DNA of 64,000 bases from positions 96,163-160,162 of IMG/VR virus record IMGVR_UViG_2922690425_000004; one strand, 5' to 3'. Each line of letters begins with the position of its first letter. The stretch's first letter is position 1. Below the pieces are notes generated by a model that saw only the letters and a list, made by a program, of their open reading frames with translations, did no database searches and had not been told where the DNA came from. The translations under genes were made by a program, and so were the position numbers. This stretch comes from a virus (taxonomy: Duplodnaviria > Caudoviricetes). Positions 19,128 to 30,759 of this stretch are shown in pieces.

Positions 19128-20710
19128 TAAATCGTACATTTTACGGGAAGAGTGATATAAAAAATGCCTTGGATTCAGGTTCTTATATTTCTAGTTGCTC
19201 TATTCTATCTACGTGGCACCATTAGATTGGGAAAAGAAACATTGTTTATAAAATTTGTTTTTGTAGTTCTACTGATAGTCGTATTTGCTTTGCCTTTTAA
19301 TTTTATCTATAACGTGTCTCCTTGGAAAGAAGGTCCAGTGTTGGCATGGATATGTTCTTTATTTTATCTAGTATTGATTGTTTACCTTGCAAACATTAAA
19401 CCAAAAGAAAAATAGAATCAAATTTTCCTTTTACATAGAAATGGGGAGATAATATGAGCACAAGTACGGATTATGTGTTGGGGTACAACAAAGGAAGAAT
19501 GGTCGAGGCAGAAGAAACATTAAGGAATTTGTACATTATCTTAGACCAAATGACTGAAATCCCTCATTACTCAAATCATATTATGGTTTACATTCGTGAC
19601 CTTGAGAAAGCCACTGGGAAAAATCGCAAATATTTTTCAGATGAAGAAAACGCATTTGACTGATCCAATTAAAATCTTTCTTTTACTAAGAATGGAGACT
19701 TAGGTATGCAGAACGAGAACAAGCATATGGTTGAAGAGTGCTATGATGCTTTAGAATGGGTCATAATTCAATTTAAAAAAGTTCTATCTGGAGAAGTCGC
19801 AGGGAATGTACAAGAAAGCCTATCCTATGCTGAATCAATCCTTAAAAACAGATAAAAGTTTACTTTGATCAAAAATGGGGGATGTCAATGCAATTGTATC
19901 AATTTTGGTGGGAAGGTTCTTATGAAGGTGATAATGGAGAGCCATTGGCTCATGAAAGTATCTTCACAAGAGAAGAATTAGTAGAAATGGTCAAAGAATC
20001 TGGCAATCGTTATGACTTGGACAGATTAGAGGAATTTTTAATCGAAAATAAAGGGTTTTTCAAGCCCAATTGTATTAGGATCAATACTGAAAATTCCTTT
20101 GGGTAGATAAGTACACGACAACAAGGAGCTACAACAATGAGCGAACAAGAATATAAAATTAAGCTACTTACCAGTAATCAATACAGTGATTTTTATTTTT
20201 ATGCCTCTATCGATGAACTAGAAGAGTATTTAAATGAAACGTTGGCAATAACTCCAGAACAGTTTTTAGAGTGCTACACTTTGGGGCAGTCACGACAGTT
20301 TTTTGAATGGATTAAAGCGAAATCTAATCAAAGAAATCAGAATGAACTAAAGGGAACAAATGAAGAATTAAAAGAAACAAAAGAAGAAGAATAGTAAAAG
20401 GTTGATCTTACTAGGAGAAGGAGGTGAAATTTTGAGTTTATATGAAAAACTGTCGGGAATTTACCATGAATTGGGTTGGAAGTACGAGGAACTACATGTC
20501 GCAGTAGAGGATGATAATAAAAAAGAAATATTACGACTTAATGATGAAATTAACTCATTAATGCAACAAAGCGAAGAATTATATATTGAAAAAATACATA
20601 CAAAATTACCGTAAGAATGCAGATTGGATATGAAGAAAAAATTTACTCGCTAGACATAAATACTTTGAGTAAAAGTTCAATTTTACCAAATACATAGTGG
20701 AGGAAAATAA

Positions 20711-20926
20711 ATGGTTTACGAAGTAACTAAGGGAGCTAGATACAAGCATTATAAAGGAAATTACTACACAATTGTCAGTATGGCTACACACACTGAAACA
20801 TTGGATGGTTTGGTGATCTACAAGGATAAAAATAATAACATTTGGGCTAGACCAGTGGATATGTTTTTTGGATATACAGATGATGGCATCAAGCGCTTTG
20901 AGCTAATGGAGGAGGAGATGGAATGA
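20711..20926 (+). CDS. DUF1653 domain protein
   Basis: YKHYKGNYY...ATHTET...VIY...WARPVDMF. Confidence 0.85.
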   Translation: MVYEVTKGARYKHYKGNYYTIVSMATHTETLDGLVIYKDKNNNIWARPVDMFFGYTDDGIKRFELMEEEME

Positions 20927-21169
20927 CAGCAGGATATACACTAAGTCTAGAAGAGGTCAGGAAGATCATTGTAAAACACCTCAATGAAACGGGTGTCTAT
21001 ATTCCAATGGATGATTCATTCATTATGGTATTGGATGAACACGATCAATTAATCGACAACACAAATGTTTTACAAGTATACCATGAAATTGAATAAAATC
21101 TTCATTTTAAACGATATACATAACTTACCGCTGAAATAGTATATACTCATTTGATATACTGTTAAATGG

Positions 21170-22006
21170 GTGATGAATATGTTTGTATCTCCAATGCTTC
21201 TGTATAAGGCAGATAACAATGAGCCATTTAACAGTAATTTGCATTTAACAGAGTTAAAGCTTGATGGGATAAGACTTCTTGTAGATACACGAGATGGAGT
21301 AAGGCTATATACACGACATAAGAACGAAGTAACTGGCAAGTTCCCTGAGCTTATTGATAATATTCCAATTGAAAATGGAACAACTCTAGATGGGGAACTA
21401 ATTGTTACTGACTCAGAAGGAAAACCAAATTTTGAATCAGTTATGGAAAGGTTTAAATCAAGAAAAAGTAAACACAAAGTAGCTTTTTGTGCATTCGATA
21501 TCATTAATTATAATGGAAAAAGTGTTACCCACTTGCCGTTAATTGAGCGCAAAGAGATACTGGAGTCAGCATTTAAGGATAATGATTATTACAAAAAGAC
21601 AAAGTTTATCTTAGGTCATGGAGTTGACTACTTTAATCTAACTAAACAACAAAAACTTGAAGGAATCGTTCAGAAAGACATCGGTTCAAAATATGAGATT
21701 GACAAAAGATCAGATAAGTGGCTTAAAGTAATTGCCTATGATGTTGGAGAGTACTACATTGCTGGTTATAAAAAAGATGAATTTGGTTGGCTACTATCTG
21801 ATGGTGAACGAATAGTAGGTGTCTTAACTTTAGCAGTAGGCTCAAATGAGAGAAAAGCAGGGTACAAGGTATTCCAGCAGCTTAAAGTAAAGGAAACAGA
21901 AAGTACAGTCTACATTAAAGAAGTTATTAAGTGCGTAGTTAAACATAGAGGATTTACGAAAAACAATTTGTTGAGATTGCCTGAGTTTGAATGTTTTAAA
22001 TTCTAA
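21170..22006 (+). CDS. ATP-dependent DNA ligase (SPbeta LigB-like)
   Basis: ELKLDGIR adenylation motif, LDGELI, AFDII, EGIVQK, WLKV. Confidence 0.92.
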   Translation: MMNMFVSPMLLYKADNNEPFNSNLHLTELKLDGIRLLVDTRDGVRLYTRHKNEVTGKFPELIDNIPIENGTTLDGELIVTDSEGKPNFESVMERFKSRKSKHKVAFCAFDIINYNGKSVTHLPLIERKEILESAFKDNDYYKKTKFILGHGVDYFNLTKQQKLEGIVQKDIGSKYEIDKRSDKWLKVIAYDVGEYYIAGYKKDEFGWLLSDGERIVGVLTLAVGSNERKAGYKVFQQLKVKETESTVYIKEVIKCVVKHRGFTKNNLLRLPEFECFKF

Positions 22007-22011
22007 AGGGG

Positions 22012-22593
22012 GTGATTAAACTGGCAAGACCAGTTAAGTGTCCGATTTGTAGTCAGTATGGACTTAGAGAAGATATGATTTTAGAAAACAGGAGATATTA
22101 CCACAAAGAATACTGCTTTGATAGGTTTAAGAAAGAGCAAGAGGCAACTAGAATTGAAAACGAACAATGGGATGATCTATATCAATACATAATAAAGTTT
22201 CACGATTTAGTAACACTATCAGTAGCAAATATAACAAGACTGAAGCATCTTCGAGCTGGCTTTGAGTATAAAAAAGGCAAGAAAATTCCAAAGTGGAGAA
22301 CGGGGCCTGACTATGCTCTAATGCTTGAAGCTTATAGGCTATCTGAGAAAAATAACTTACATGCAATGTCTACAAAGATTGGAGATTGGAACGATGTTAA
22401 TCAGGTCAACTATACAATCTCTACTATGATGGGGCATTTAAATGATGCTTGGAGAATAAGACAGAATAAAAAGAAACAATTAGAAGTGGCAAAGAGAGTT
22501 GAAAAACAAGAGTCAAAAAGAGACCAATCTCTTACAAACAAAAATACATATAGCAATAAACGGGATGAGTTAGACATTTCTGATTATGTGTAA
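22012..22593 (+). CDS. Replication-operon protein (YorH-like position; probable CTG start at 22021)
   Basis: N-terminal CPIC...H..C zinc motif; directly upstream of the helicase. Confidence 0.6.
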   Translation: MIKLARPVKCPICSQYGLREDMILENRRYYHKEYCFDRFKKEQEATRIENEQWDDLYQYIIKFHDLVTLSVANITRLKHLRAGFEYKKGKKIPKWRTGPDYALMLEAYRLSEKNNLHAMSTKIGDWNDVNQVNYTISTMMGHLNDAWRIRQNKKKQLEVAKRVEKQESKRDQSLTNKNTYSNKRDELDISDYV

Positions 22594-24103
22594 TTCGTTA
22601 GGAGTGGTAACAATAGAATATATCAAAGAATTTGTAGATCCATCAAAAGTTCATGAGTCTATATTTATCGGTTATTTATGGAATACGCCCACCTTATACG
22701 GTAAATATAAAACCCATAAAATCAGCAAAGAAACTTTTACAGAAGGAATATGGTGGTACTACTTTTATATTGGAAAAGAGATGTATGAAAGTGGTATTCG
22801 ATTATTTGATGATGTAACCACTTACTCATTTATTACATCTAAACCTTCTGAAAACGGCAAGAAGTCATACTTTGATTATTATAATGATTATGGCGGCTTC
22901 TCAACAATTGATGAAGTCGTATCAGAGTGTGACGGAGACAAAGGAAATGATGAATATCATTTTAGCGAAGTACAAAAATATGAGTCACTTCGTAATCTTC
23001 AAAAGCAAGGATTGTTGGATATAAGTAATACAAATCTGGTTTCAAAATTGGCTAATATGTCACTTAAACAGATGCAAAGCTTCTTTCAATTTAAACATAA
23101 AGAATCCTTTTCTCACGTAAATAGTGGAGAAGTAATTGAATACAATCTTATAGATAACCTAGATGAAACCATTGATCAATTGGAGGCAGGTGAAGATGCA
23201 GGAATACCGCTATTCGAGTCTCCTAGGCTAAATAAGAAGATCAATGGTCAGAAGCTTGGGAACTTAATGTATCTCGTCCTTCCTTCAGGTGTGGGGAAAT
23301 CGAGCATATTAACTGAGAAAGGTGTTTTGGGGTTACTTGAGAGCGGAGAAAAAGGAATTATCTTTGCAAATGAAGAAGGGATAAAAAGATGGAGAACAAG
23401 ACTTCTAGTGACCGTTGCCGCAAGAATTTTGAAAAAGCCAGTGGCACGAGATACGGTTAACAGGGGTGGATTTAGTGCAGAGATTAAACAGACACTTAAG
23501 GAAGCTGCCGAATGGTTGCAGACACACCGTCCAGACTTTATTAAGTTTGTACAACTTAAAAAGTATCGGATTGAAGATGTCATTAATAGGATTGAACTTT
23601 ATAGACCGTTAGGTTATAAGCATATTTATTTCGATACATTTAAACCTGACTTATCACAGAACGTAGAACGATGGCTGGCTTTCTCCAACTCAGCTCAAGA
23701 ACTGTATGACTGTATCAAAGAAGAGTCTAATAATTGCGCCACAATAGCAACAGTTCAACTTAAGATTGGTAAAGAGTTTAGATACATAGATTTAGATTGT
23801 ATTGGTAAATCACCAGAGATTGTAGAAGTAGCAGCCGTTGTGATGGCTGGCAGATTGATTTTTGCAGACGAATATCCCGGTGGAAAAAACGAATTAGATC
23901 CATACAACTGGGAGAAGGATAGTGGTTTTGGTGGATGGCACAAGAAACCGTATAAATTAGACCCGGGGAAAAAATATCTCATTCTGTTCCTACCTAAAAA
24001 CCGTGAAGGATCTGAGGATGAACAAATAGTGTTTGAAGTGAATTATGATTTTAATATTTGGAAAGAGGTAGCATTAGTAGTCGTACCTAATAACGGACGT
24101 TAA
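22586..24103 (+). CDS. Replicative DnaB-like helicase (YorI-like)
   Basis: Walker A LPSGVGKS, FANEE, YFDTFK, TVQL, KNREG. Confidence 0.88.
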   Translation: MCNSLGVVTIEYIKEFVDPSKVHESIFIGYLWNTPTLYGKYKTHKISKETFTEGIWWYYFYIGKEMYESGIRLFDDVTTYSFITSKPSENGKKSYFDYYNDYGGFSTIDEVVSECDGDKGNDEYHFSEVQKYESLRNLQKQGLLDISNTNLVSKLANMSLKQMQSFFQFKHKESFSHVNSGEVIEYNLIDNLDETIDQLEAGEDAGIPLFESPRLNKKINGQKLGNLMYLVLPSGVGKSSILTEKGVLGLLESGEKGIIFANEEGIKRWRTRLLVTVAARILKKPVARDTVNRGGFSAEIKQTLKEAAEWLQTHRPDFIKFVQLKKYRIEDVINRIELYRPLGYKHIYFDTFKPDLSQNVERWLAFSNSAQELYDCIKEESNNCATIATVQLKIGKEFRYIDLDCIGKSPEIVEVAAVVMAGRLIFADEYPGGKNELDPYNWEKDSGFGGWHKKPYKLDPGKKYLILFLPKNREGSEDEQIVFEVNYDFNIWKEVALVVVPNNGR

Positions 24104-24122
24104 ACTCCTTTGGAGGAGCAAC

Positions 24123-25196
24123 ATGAGCAATGATCTGAAGTTAATAAAGGAAAGAATCATAGAAGAATCAAGGGTTGGAGAACTTTTAGAAGCAATGGGT
24201 TGCGAATATGTAGAAAAAAAGAATAATCGCTACGAGGCGCAACTCCCCCACAAATTTGAATCGCCAAATAAAAGATCCGTTCAAGTTTACTTAAATGAAA
24301 GCCTATCAAGCAGAATTAGGACGCTTGGAGAGTCAGACATAGATATTTATGGATTGGTATCTTATATAGTTTTTGATCAAATATCGGAAGATGACAGACA
24401 AAGAGGATTGCCTAAAGCGAAGAGATGGATATGTGAACAATTAGGCTACAAAGAATTTTTAGACAGCAGCTATATACCTCCACCTAGTTTAGTTCAACTT
24501 GATTGGCTCAAGGATGTTAGAAGGAAACGTAAGAAAAAAAGAGAGTTAAATAACCTTGAAAACGACACTTATGCTGACGAAATATTGAATCAATATGTCA
24601 TGTACCCTCATCAATTTTATCTAGATGAGGGGGTGTCATGCGAAATACAGCGAGAATTTCAAATAGGGTTTGATTTAAGAAGTCAGCGAATCATTTTCCC
24701 CATTCATAATCGGTTTGGTGACATTGTATCTATAAAGGGCAGAACTATCTTTGAAGATTATGAGGAAAGAAACGTTTATAAATTTTTATATCTTATTAAT
24801 TTCAATAAAATGATTGAACTCTACAATTGGCATAGAGCCTTGTATTACATATTAGAAAGAAAAGAGATATTGATATTCGAAGGTGAAAAAACTTGCTGGT
24901 TAATTAGTCAATACGGTCATCGAAACTGTGTTGCTATTAGTGGTGATGATCTAAGTGATTGGCAGGTTAAGATGATAAAAGAATTAGACCATGATGTAGA
25001 GATAGTTATAGCGTTAGATAAAGACAAGCCAGTAGAAGCAGTAAAAAAACAAGCAGCTAAGTTCGGGAAAACTAGAAATGTGTATGCCTTATATGACAAT
25101 AGAAACTTGTTTAAAGATAAAGACAGTCCATGTGACAGAGGGGAAGAGGTATTCAGTATTCTTTATACAGAGTGTAAATACAAAGTATCAGTCTGA
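24123..25196 (+). CDS. DNA primase (TOPRIM, YorJ-like)
   Basis: RIIFPIHN..G.IVSIKGR, IFEGEK, IALDKD. Confidence 0.88.
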   Translation: MSNDLKLIKERIIEESRVGELLEAMGCEYVEKKNNRYEAQLPHKFESPNKRSVQVYLNESLSSRIRTLGESDIDIYGLVSYIVFDQISEDDRQRGLPKAKRWICEQLGYKEFLDSSYIPPPSLVQLDWLKDVRRKRKKKRELNNLENDTYADEILNQYVMYPHQFYLDEGVSCEIQREFQIGFDLRSQRIIFPIHNRFGDIVSIKGRTIFEDYEERNVYKFLYLINFNKMIELYNWHRALYYILERKEILIFEGEKTCWLISQYGHRNCVAISGDDLSDWQVKMIKELDHDVEIVIALDKDKPVEAVKKQAAKFGKTRNVYALYDNRNLFKDKDSPCDRGEEVFSILYTECKYKVSV

Positions 25197-25228
25197 GTAA
25201 AATATAGTTTTTACTCAGATTATTTTTT
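25192..25228 (+). terminator. Perfect 11-6-11 palindromic copy of the repeated site followed by a T run (terminator-like)
   Basis: TCTGAGTAAAA-TATAGT-TTTTACTCAGA then TTATTTTTTT. Confidence 0.65.
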
Positions 25229-25307
25229 TGATGAAGCTTGTTTGAAAGAAGACATAGCAGCTATTAGATTTACTAAAAGTAGAACTATAAAGTTATAAAA
25301 TTAGCGG

Positions 25308-25336
25308 TTGACAACATTCCAATATACAAATATAAT
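25308..25336 (+). promoter_or_regulatory. Consensus SigA promoter
   Basis: TTGACA-N17-TATAAT. Confidence 0.85.
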
Positions 25337-25365
25337 TAAATTATGAAACAGAGAGGTGTGGTTCC

Positions 25366-28300
25366 ATGCATGAAGAGCAACCTGCAAATCTTATTCCTAC
25401 GGAGAATATAGATGAAGCAACTCATGTTTTTATTGCAGACAAGAAATTCAACATCAAGACCACGGTGGGAAAGTTTTATAAATTATACAGATGGGAGGCA
25501 AACGCAAGTTCATGTGGTATAGCTGAAGCATATATTATTGATGATGAAGGAAAAGATTCAACGGGGTTCATGTATTATTGCAAAGCTAAGTTTTATATAC
25601 AAAAATAAAGAATAATACATATAAGAGGTTGACCGTAGATTAATCATAGCCAACAACCTCTCAAACTCGTAAACAAGCATGTAGAAGTTGGATTTTATAA
25701 GAATAAAGGAGGCTACTAAATGCCACGACCAAGAGTATACAAACTTTTTCATACATTTGATCCAGAGGACTTAAAAATATATTTTAAAACAACAATGACA
25801 GATGAACACCTAATTAAACTGATTAAGATTTGGCAAGTTAAACTGAGCAACATTGTTCCTGAGTATGACTGGGGAACAGAAGAAATGATGGAGTTGCTTT
25901 CGACATTTGGCTGTGAACAGATAAACGAAAATAGTGGATTTAGAACATATTACGAAGCAAACCTGTATGATATTTGGGAGTATGCGAATACATGGCCTAC
26001 GGATGAAGAAATAGAAGATCCTAAATATAACAATGACAATACTCAACCTGTTTTCGATAAAGTTATTGAGCAAAATAGAGAAGTTTATAAAGGTTATTGG
26101 ATGAAGTGGGAAGCAAAGAATGAAGAAAGACAATCAAATAAAATTTGAATTTTAACCAAGAAAGGAGGATGAAAAATGGCAAAGGTTCATATTCATCAAA
26201 TTCTTCCGTATACAGTAAATAGTATTGTAAAGACACCAAAAGGAGAGCTTATTCAGGAGCAGCTTATTCGGGGAAGTAGAAAAGACTATAAGGTTGTTTA
26301 TAATGGCGATAAAACAATTGTAATTTTAAGCGATGGTTCGAAGGGAATTGCTAAAAGAAATCCTAATGATCCTTATAATATTCAAATTGGACATGATATT
26401 GCTCACGCAAGAGCGATTATCAAGCAGCAAGAAAAAGAAATTGAAGATATTACTAAGAATATGACTACTGAGGACAGAAGAATTGATTTTTAAGTAATAG
26501 GATAAAAGAAGAGTTTTACCAAGAAAGGAGAAAAGTAAAATGTTTGCTGAAATCAGTGAAGAAGGCGTCAGTTTCTATGAGCCAAACATCCGATACAACG
26601 AGGAAAACAAGTTAATTCTAGACGGTGTCTGCTGGGTTAAAGACGACCAATTAGATTGTTACAATTGGGAAAATGAAGATATGTTATGGATCTTAGACAC
26701 TATTCCTGCAAGTGATGATGATATTCCAGAAGCTAGATATTATTGTCACAACGTTAACCAAAATGCAACTGGGTGGGTACTCCATAATCAGGTGAAATTT
26801 AATTTGGAATTGGCAGAGTAAACAACTCTAAGAAGTTTATAAAAATATACTTTTACATAGAGGAGAATAAAATATAATGACTAAAATTGCTATGGTCAAA
26901 CATAATGGAAATTCAAAAGAGTACGCATTTAAAACAGACATCAATCTCAACATTGGCGACCTCGTGGTTTGCGATACTGCAAATGGATACGAGACTGGAA
27001 GAGTACAAAATATTACTGACCAAGACTATTGGGCAACTAAGAGATGGATTGTTTCTAGAATTGACACCAAAAGTCACGTAGAACGAGTAAAAAAAGAAAA
27101 GAAGATTAGTGAGCTAAATCAGCAGATCGAGATGAGAAGAAATGAGTACGAAGGAAAAATTAATGATTTGATTGCTCAACATGACAAGGTAATGTTTGAT
27201 CTGTTGGATGAACTCAACGAACTAACGAATACTAATAATCGTAGTAACGACATTGAACTGAAAGATTCATTTTATTTTAAAAATCAGAATGGATTTGAAT
27301 ATTATGCTACTAAATTAGGAGATAAGTATTCTATTGTACACGTTGATACTTTAGATACCTATGAAATTAATGTAAAGACAGTGAAAAAATATATCTCTAA
27401 AGGGGAATGGAGAATAATTAAGTATTATAAAATGGGTATCTTTTGAGGAGAGTGGGAGTAAAAACAAGAATTTATAAAAAATGTGTAAATAAAAAATATA
27501 ATAATATGGGGAGATAGCGGAATGAATGAAATGAGATTTTTTAAGATTAAACAAGGAACAAAATATCATGAAGCAGTGAAACAACACTTAACCTTACTTC
27601 CAAAGTGGAAACCAATTTATGCTAAAGTAAGTGAATTGCTCGATGAGAAAATCACTTTAATGGTTCAAGCCCCAGACTATCTTCAAATAGAATACTCAGA
27701 ACTTAAAAAGGATGAAAACAAGAAGATTTTCAAAAAAGACGGTACTTTAAAAGCAAACTCGAAAAAGGCAAAAGAAATTGAAGCTGCTTACAAAGAGATT
27801 GTCAAAGAAGCTGGACTAGAGAAGTTTGAAAGTTTGGGACATATCAATTTCTGTTACTGTGTAATGCGTTATCATGGAGAAACATTAAAAACCTTTAAGA
27901 CTAGTGGCCATGAACTCTATTATGAGGCAGATTTCGATCTAGAAGAGAGAACTAAAGAATCAAATTCAGGAGATGGTCTAGTAATTCCGATTACAGAAAT
28001 CGAGCATCAAGAAAAATATCTTGAAGAAATTAAAAAACAGTCTGCGTAAAACTACTATTTTATAAGGAGTGATGATAGCGATGACACAAGATTTAGAACC
28101 AACAGCCACACTAAAAGAAAAAGCAGATATAGTGTTTATTAAAGTAGATTCAGGAATCTATCAGATACATAAAGACAGAAATGGTAGATTTGCAGGAAGA
28201 GTTTATGTAGGCACGCAGGAAGTTTTGGATGCACTGAATTTTGATGATGTAGTTATTATAAGAAAACATAAAAACGGATTATCCTTGCATGATAATTTCA

Positions 28301-29100
28301 GTGATTTTTGAAAAAGGAGAGGAGATAGAGAACAATGGATGAACTCGAATTAAAATTAGGGATTTACACAGACGTTTTGTATTCAAAAGTGGAACTGTTT
28401 CGGAAGCAAGGCAAGGAAGAAGTGGCACATGAAATCATGAATATAATCAACGAACTGCTTGAAATTCAAGGAATGATCTAAGAGAGGGGACAGCGGAATG
28501 AAAAAGGACATAGAAAAAATCATCGAAGACCTGAAGCAAGAACGAGAAGAGTACGGAGAACGAATCGTATCCTTATCCCATGCCTATGACAGTGCCTTAG
28601 AAAAGCTTTGTGATTTGGTAGGTCAAGAGTTTGTTGCTTACGAGGATAGATACTAATACAGCCCCAAAAGGGCAAGGAGAGGAATAAAGGATGATTAGAA
28701 TATCGGGAACAGCAACTGTGCGTGTGGATTATGAAGTGGAAATCGAATTGACGGAAGATGAATTTTATGAACTAACCGAGAAGAAACAAACCGAACTAAT
28801 TGAATCTGCAATTGACTGGCGGGATGCTTTACGGAATGGACAAACAGACGAAATTGAAGTCGATGACATTGAGGAGGCCTAAACCATATATAAGAAGTGA
28901 TATAAAAAGTAGAAATATTGAATTATATGTCTTTAAACTAACCTGAACTGAGGAGTGATTAGATATGGCAAGTATCAAAGTCATAAACAAACAGACAGGA
29001 AGGGAGAACAGGCATCTCACCCACAACTTTATGAAAGCAATTGACAATAACCTTAAAATTACACTACCTGAAAAATTCAAAATAAGTATTCAATAAAGTA
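25366..29100 (+). other. Run of small hypothetical phage ORFs (25366, 25720, 26176, 26540, 26877, 27522, 28069, 28691 and shorter ones)
   Basis: Co-oriented ORFs with RBSs, mostly separated by the palindromic site. Confidence 0.65.
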
Positions 29101-29121
29101 GTATCAAGGGGTGATTAAATC

Positions 29122-30759
29122 ATAGTCTGGAAGCAAAAGAAACCCAAAATTCCGTTTGAGCCTTATGACAATACATACAGTAAACTCGCTAAGATTAATG
29201 GAATTGAAGATATAGATCAATTTCTAAATCCATTGTCTAATGTAATATGTAGCCCATATTTACTCAAAAATATCGATCCATTAGTAACACGAATAGTCCT
29301 TGCAATTAGAAACCATGAAACTATAACTATATCAGGAGATCCAGACTTTGACGGGATAACTGCTCTAGCAACCCTATATAAATATCTTAAGAATTTTACC
29401 GATGATGTCAATTATGTGTGTAATGAACGAAGTGAAGGCCACTCAATAAATAATCTAATTTCTACTGTCTCAGATCAAACAAGATTATTTATTGCTGTTG
29501 ATAGTTCATCAAATGATTTATGGTCAATGAAAGAGTTGACAGATAGAGGCATTGACTGTTTGGTAATCGACCATCACACAGTAACCGTAAATAATCCATA
29601 TATTACATTGGTTAATCCTCAACAAGAAGGATGTAAGTATCCAAATAAAAATGCTTGTGGTGGATTGCTTGTATTCAAGGTTTGCGAGGTAATTGATGAT
29701 TACATGGATACATATTATGCAAACCAACTATCTGACTTGCCGGGATTTTCATTAATGGCAGACATGATGTCAATGATGGAGTTAGAGAACAGATATTTTG
29801 CGAAACTATCCTTAAAGGGGTTGCGACATGCAGGATTAAAAGCGCTATTTTCAGCTATGAACTTTGACTTAAACAACCTTTCAGCAGCAGACTTTCTTTA
29901 TGGCGTAAGTCCTGCTGTTACCGCTGCTACAAGAGCAGATAATATTCAATTAGCAATAGACTTCCTGATGTGTGATGAAGACTCACCAGAGATTAAAACG
30001 ATAGTAAAAGAATTGATCAAGTTAAATGAAAATCGTAAAGTAATCCAAGCTGAAGCATTAGTTAGATTGAAGCCCTTGGTTAATAAAAACGACAAAGTTG
30101 TTATTGTTATTGATCATACTCTTGGAAAAGGGATGAATGGACTTGTAGCGCAAGAGCTATCTAGAACATTCAATAAGCCAGCAATTGTTCTTGGAGAAGG
30201 AGCTAATGAAGATACATATGCAGGTAGCTTCAGAGGATTAGAGGACTTTTCGATGCTCGACTTGCTAAACGAATGTGAGAGTGTAATTTATACTGGTGGA
30301 CACCCTGCGGCTGGAGGGGTGCAGATACTTAAAACGGATTTTGATGTATTGCGTCAAGAGTTGAATGAGAAGCTTTACGAATTTGAGCCTGATGATACTG
30401 TATATTATGATTTACAATTCGATATTAGAGAAGTTAATGAAAAATTAGTTCAACACCTATCAGAGTTTTATCGGATTACGGGAAACGAATTTAAACAAGG
30501 TCAATTTAAGATTTCTGGATTATTTGTTTCAGATAAAAAACTGATCGGTAAGTTAAATAATACAGTTAAGTTTGATTGTGACAAACTCCAGCTTATGAAG
30601 TTTAAGACTGACGTAGATTACTATAAAAGCGTTCCTGTCTTTAGTGAAATTGAAGCAATTGGAACATTAAATATAAATGTATGGAAGGTTTATAGACCAA
30701 AATTCAAAGTAACTAAAACAGTCCAGTTATTTATAGAAGAATATAGAGAAACAAAATAA
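29122..30759 (+). CDS. RecJ-like DHH ssDNA exonuclease (YorK-like); frame open from ATA at 29122
   Basis: GDPDFDG, AVDSS, IDHH, GSFRG, GGHPAAGG motifs. Confidence 0.9.
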   Translation: MVWKQKKPKIPFEPYDNTYSKLAKINGIEDIDQFLNPLSNVICSPYLLKNIDPLVTRIVLAIRNHETITISGDPDFDGITALATLYKYLKNFTDDVNYVCNERSEGHSINNLISTVSDQTRLFIAVDSSSNDLWSMKELTDRGIDCLVIDHHTVTVNNPYITLVNPQQEGCKYPNKNACGGLLVFKVCEVIDDYMDTYYANQLSDLPGFSLMADMMSMMELENRYFAKLSLKGLRHAGLKALFSAMNFDLNNLSAADFLYGVSPAVTAATRADNIQLAIDFLMCDEDSPEIKTIVKELIKLNENRKVIQAEALVRLKPLVNKNDKVVIVIDHTLGKGMNGLVAQELSRTFNKPAIVLGEGANEDTYAGSFRGLEDFSMLDLLNECESVIYTGGHPAAGGVQILKTDFDVLRQELNEKLYEFEPDDTVYYDLQFDIREVNEKLVQHLSEFYRITGNEFKQGQFKISGLFVSDKKLIGKLNNTVKFDCDKLQLMKFKTDVDYYKSVPVFSEIEAIGTLNINVWKVYRPKFKVTKTVQLFIEEYRETK

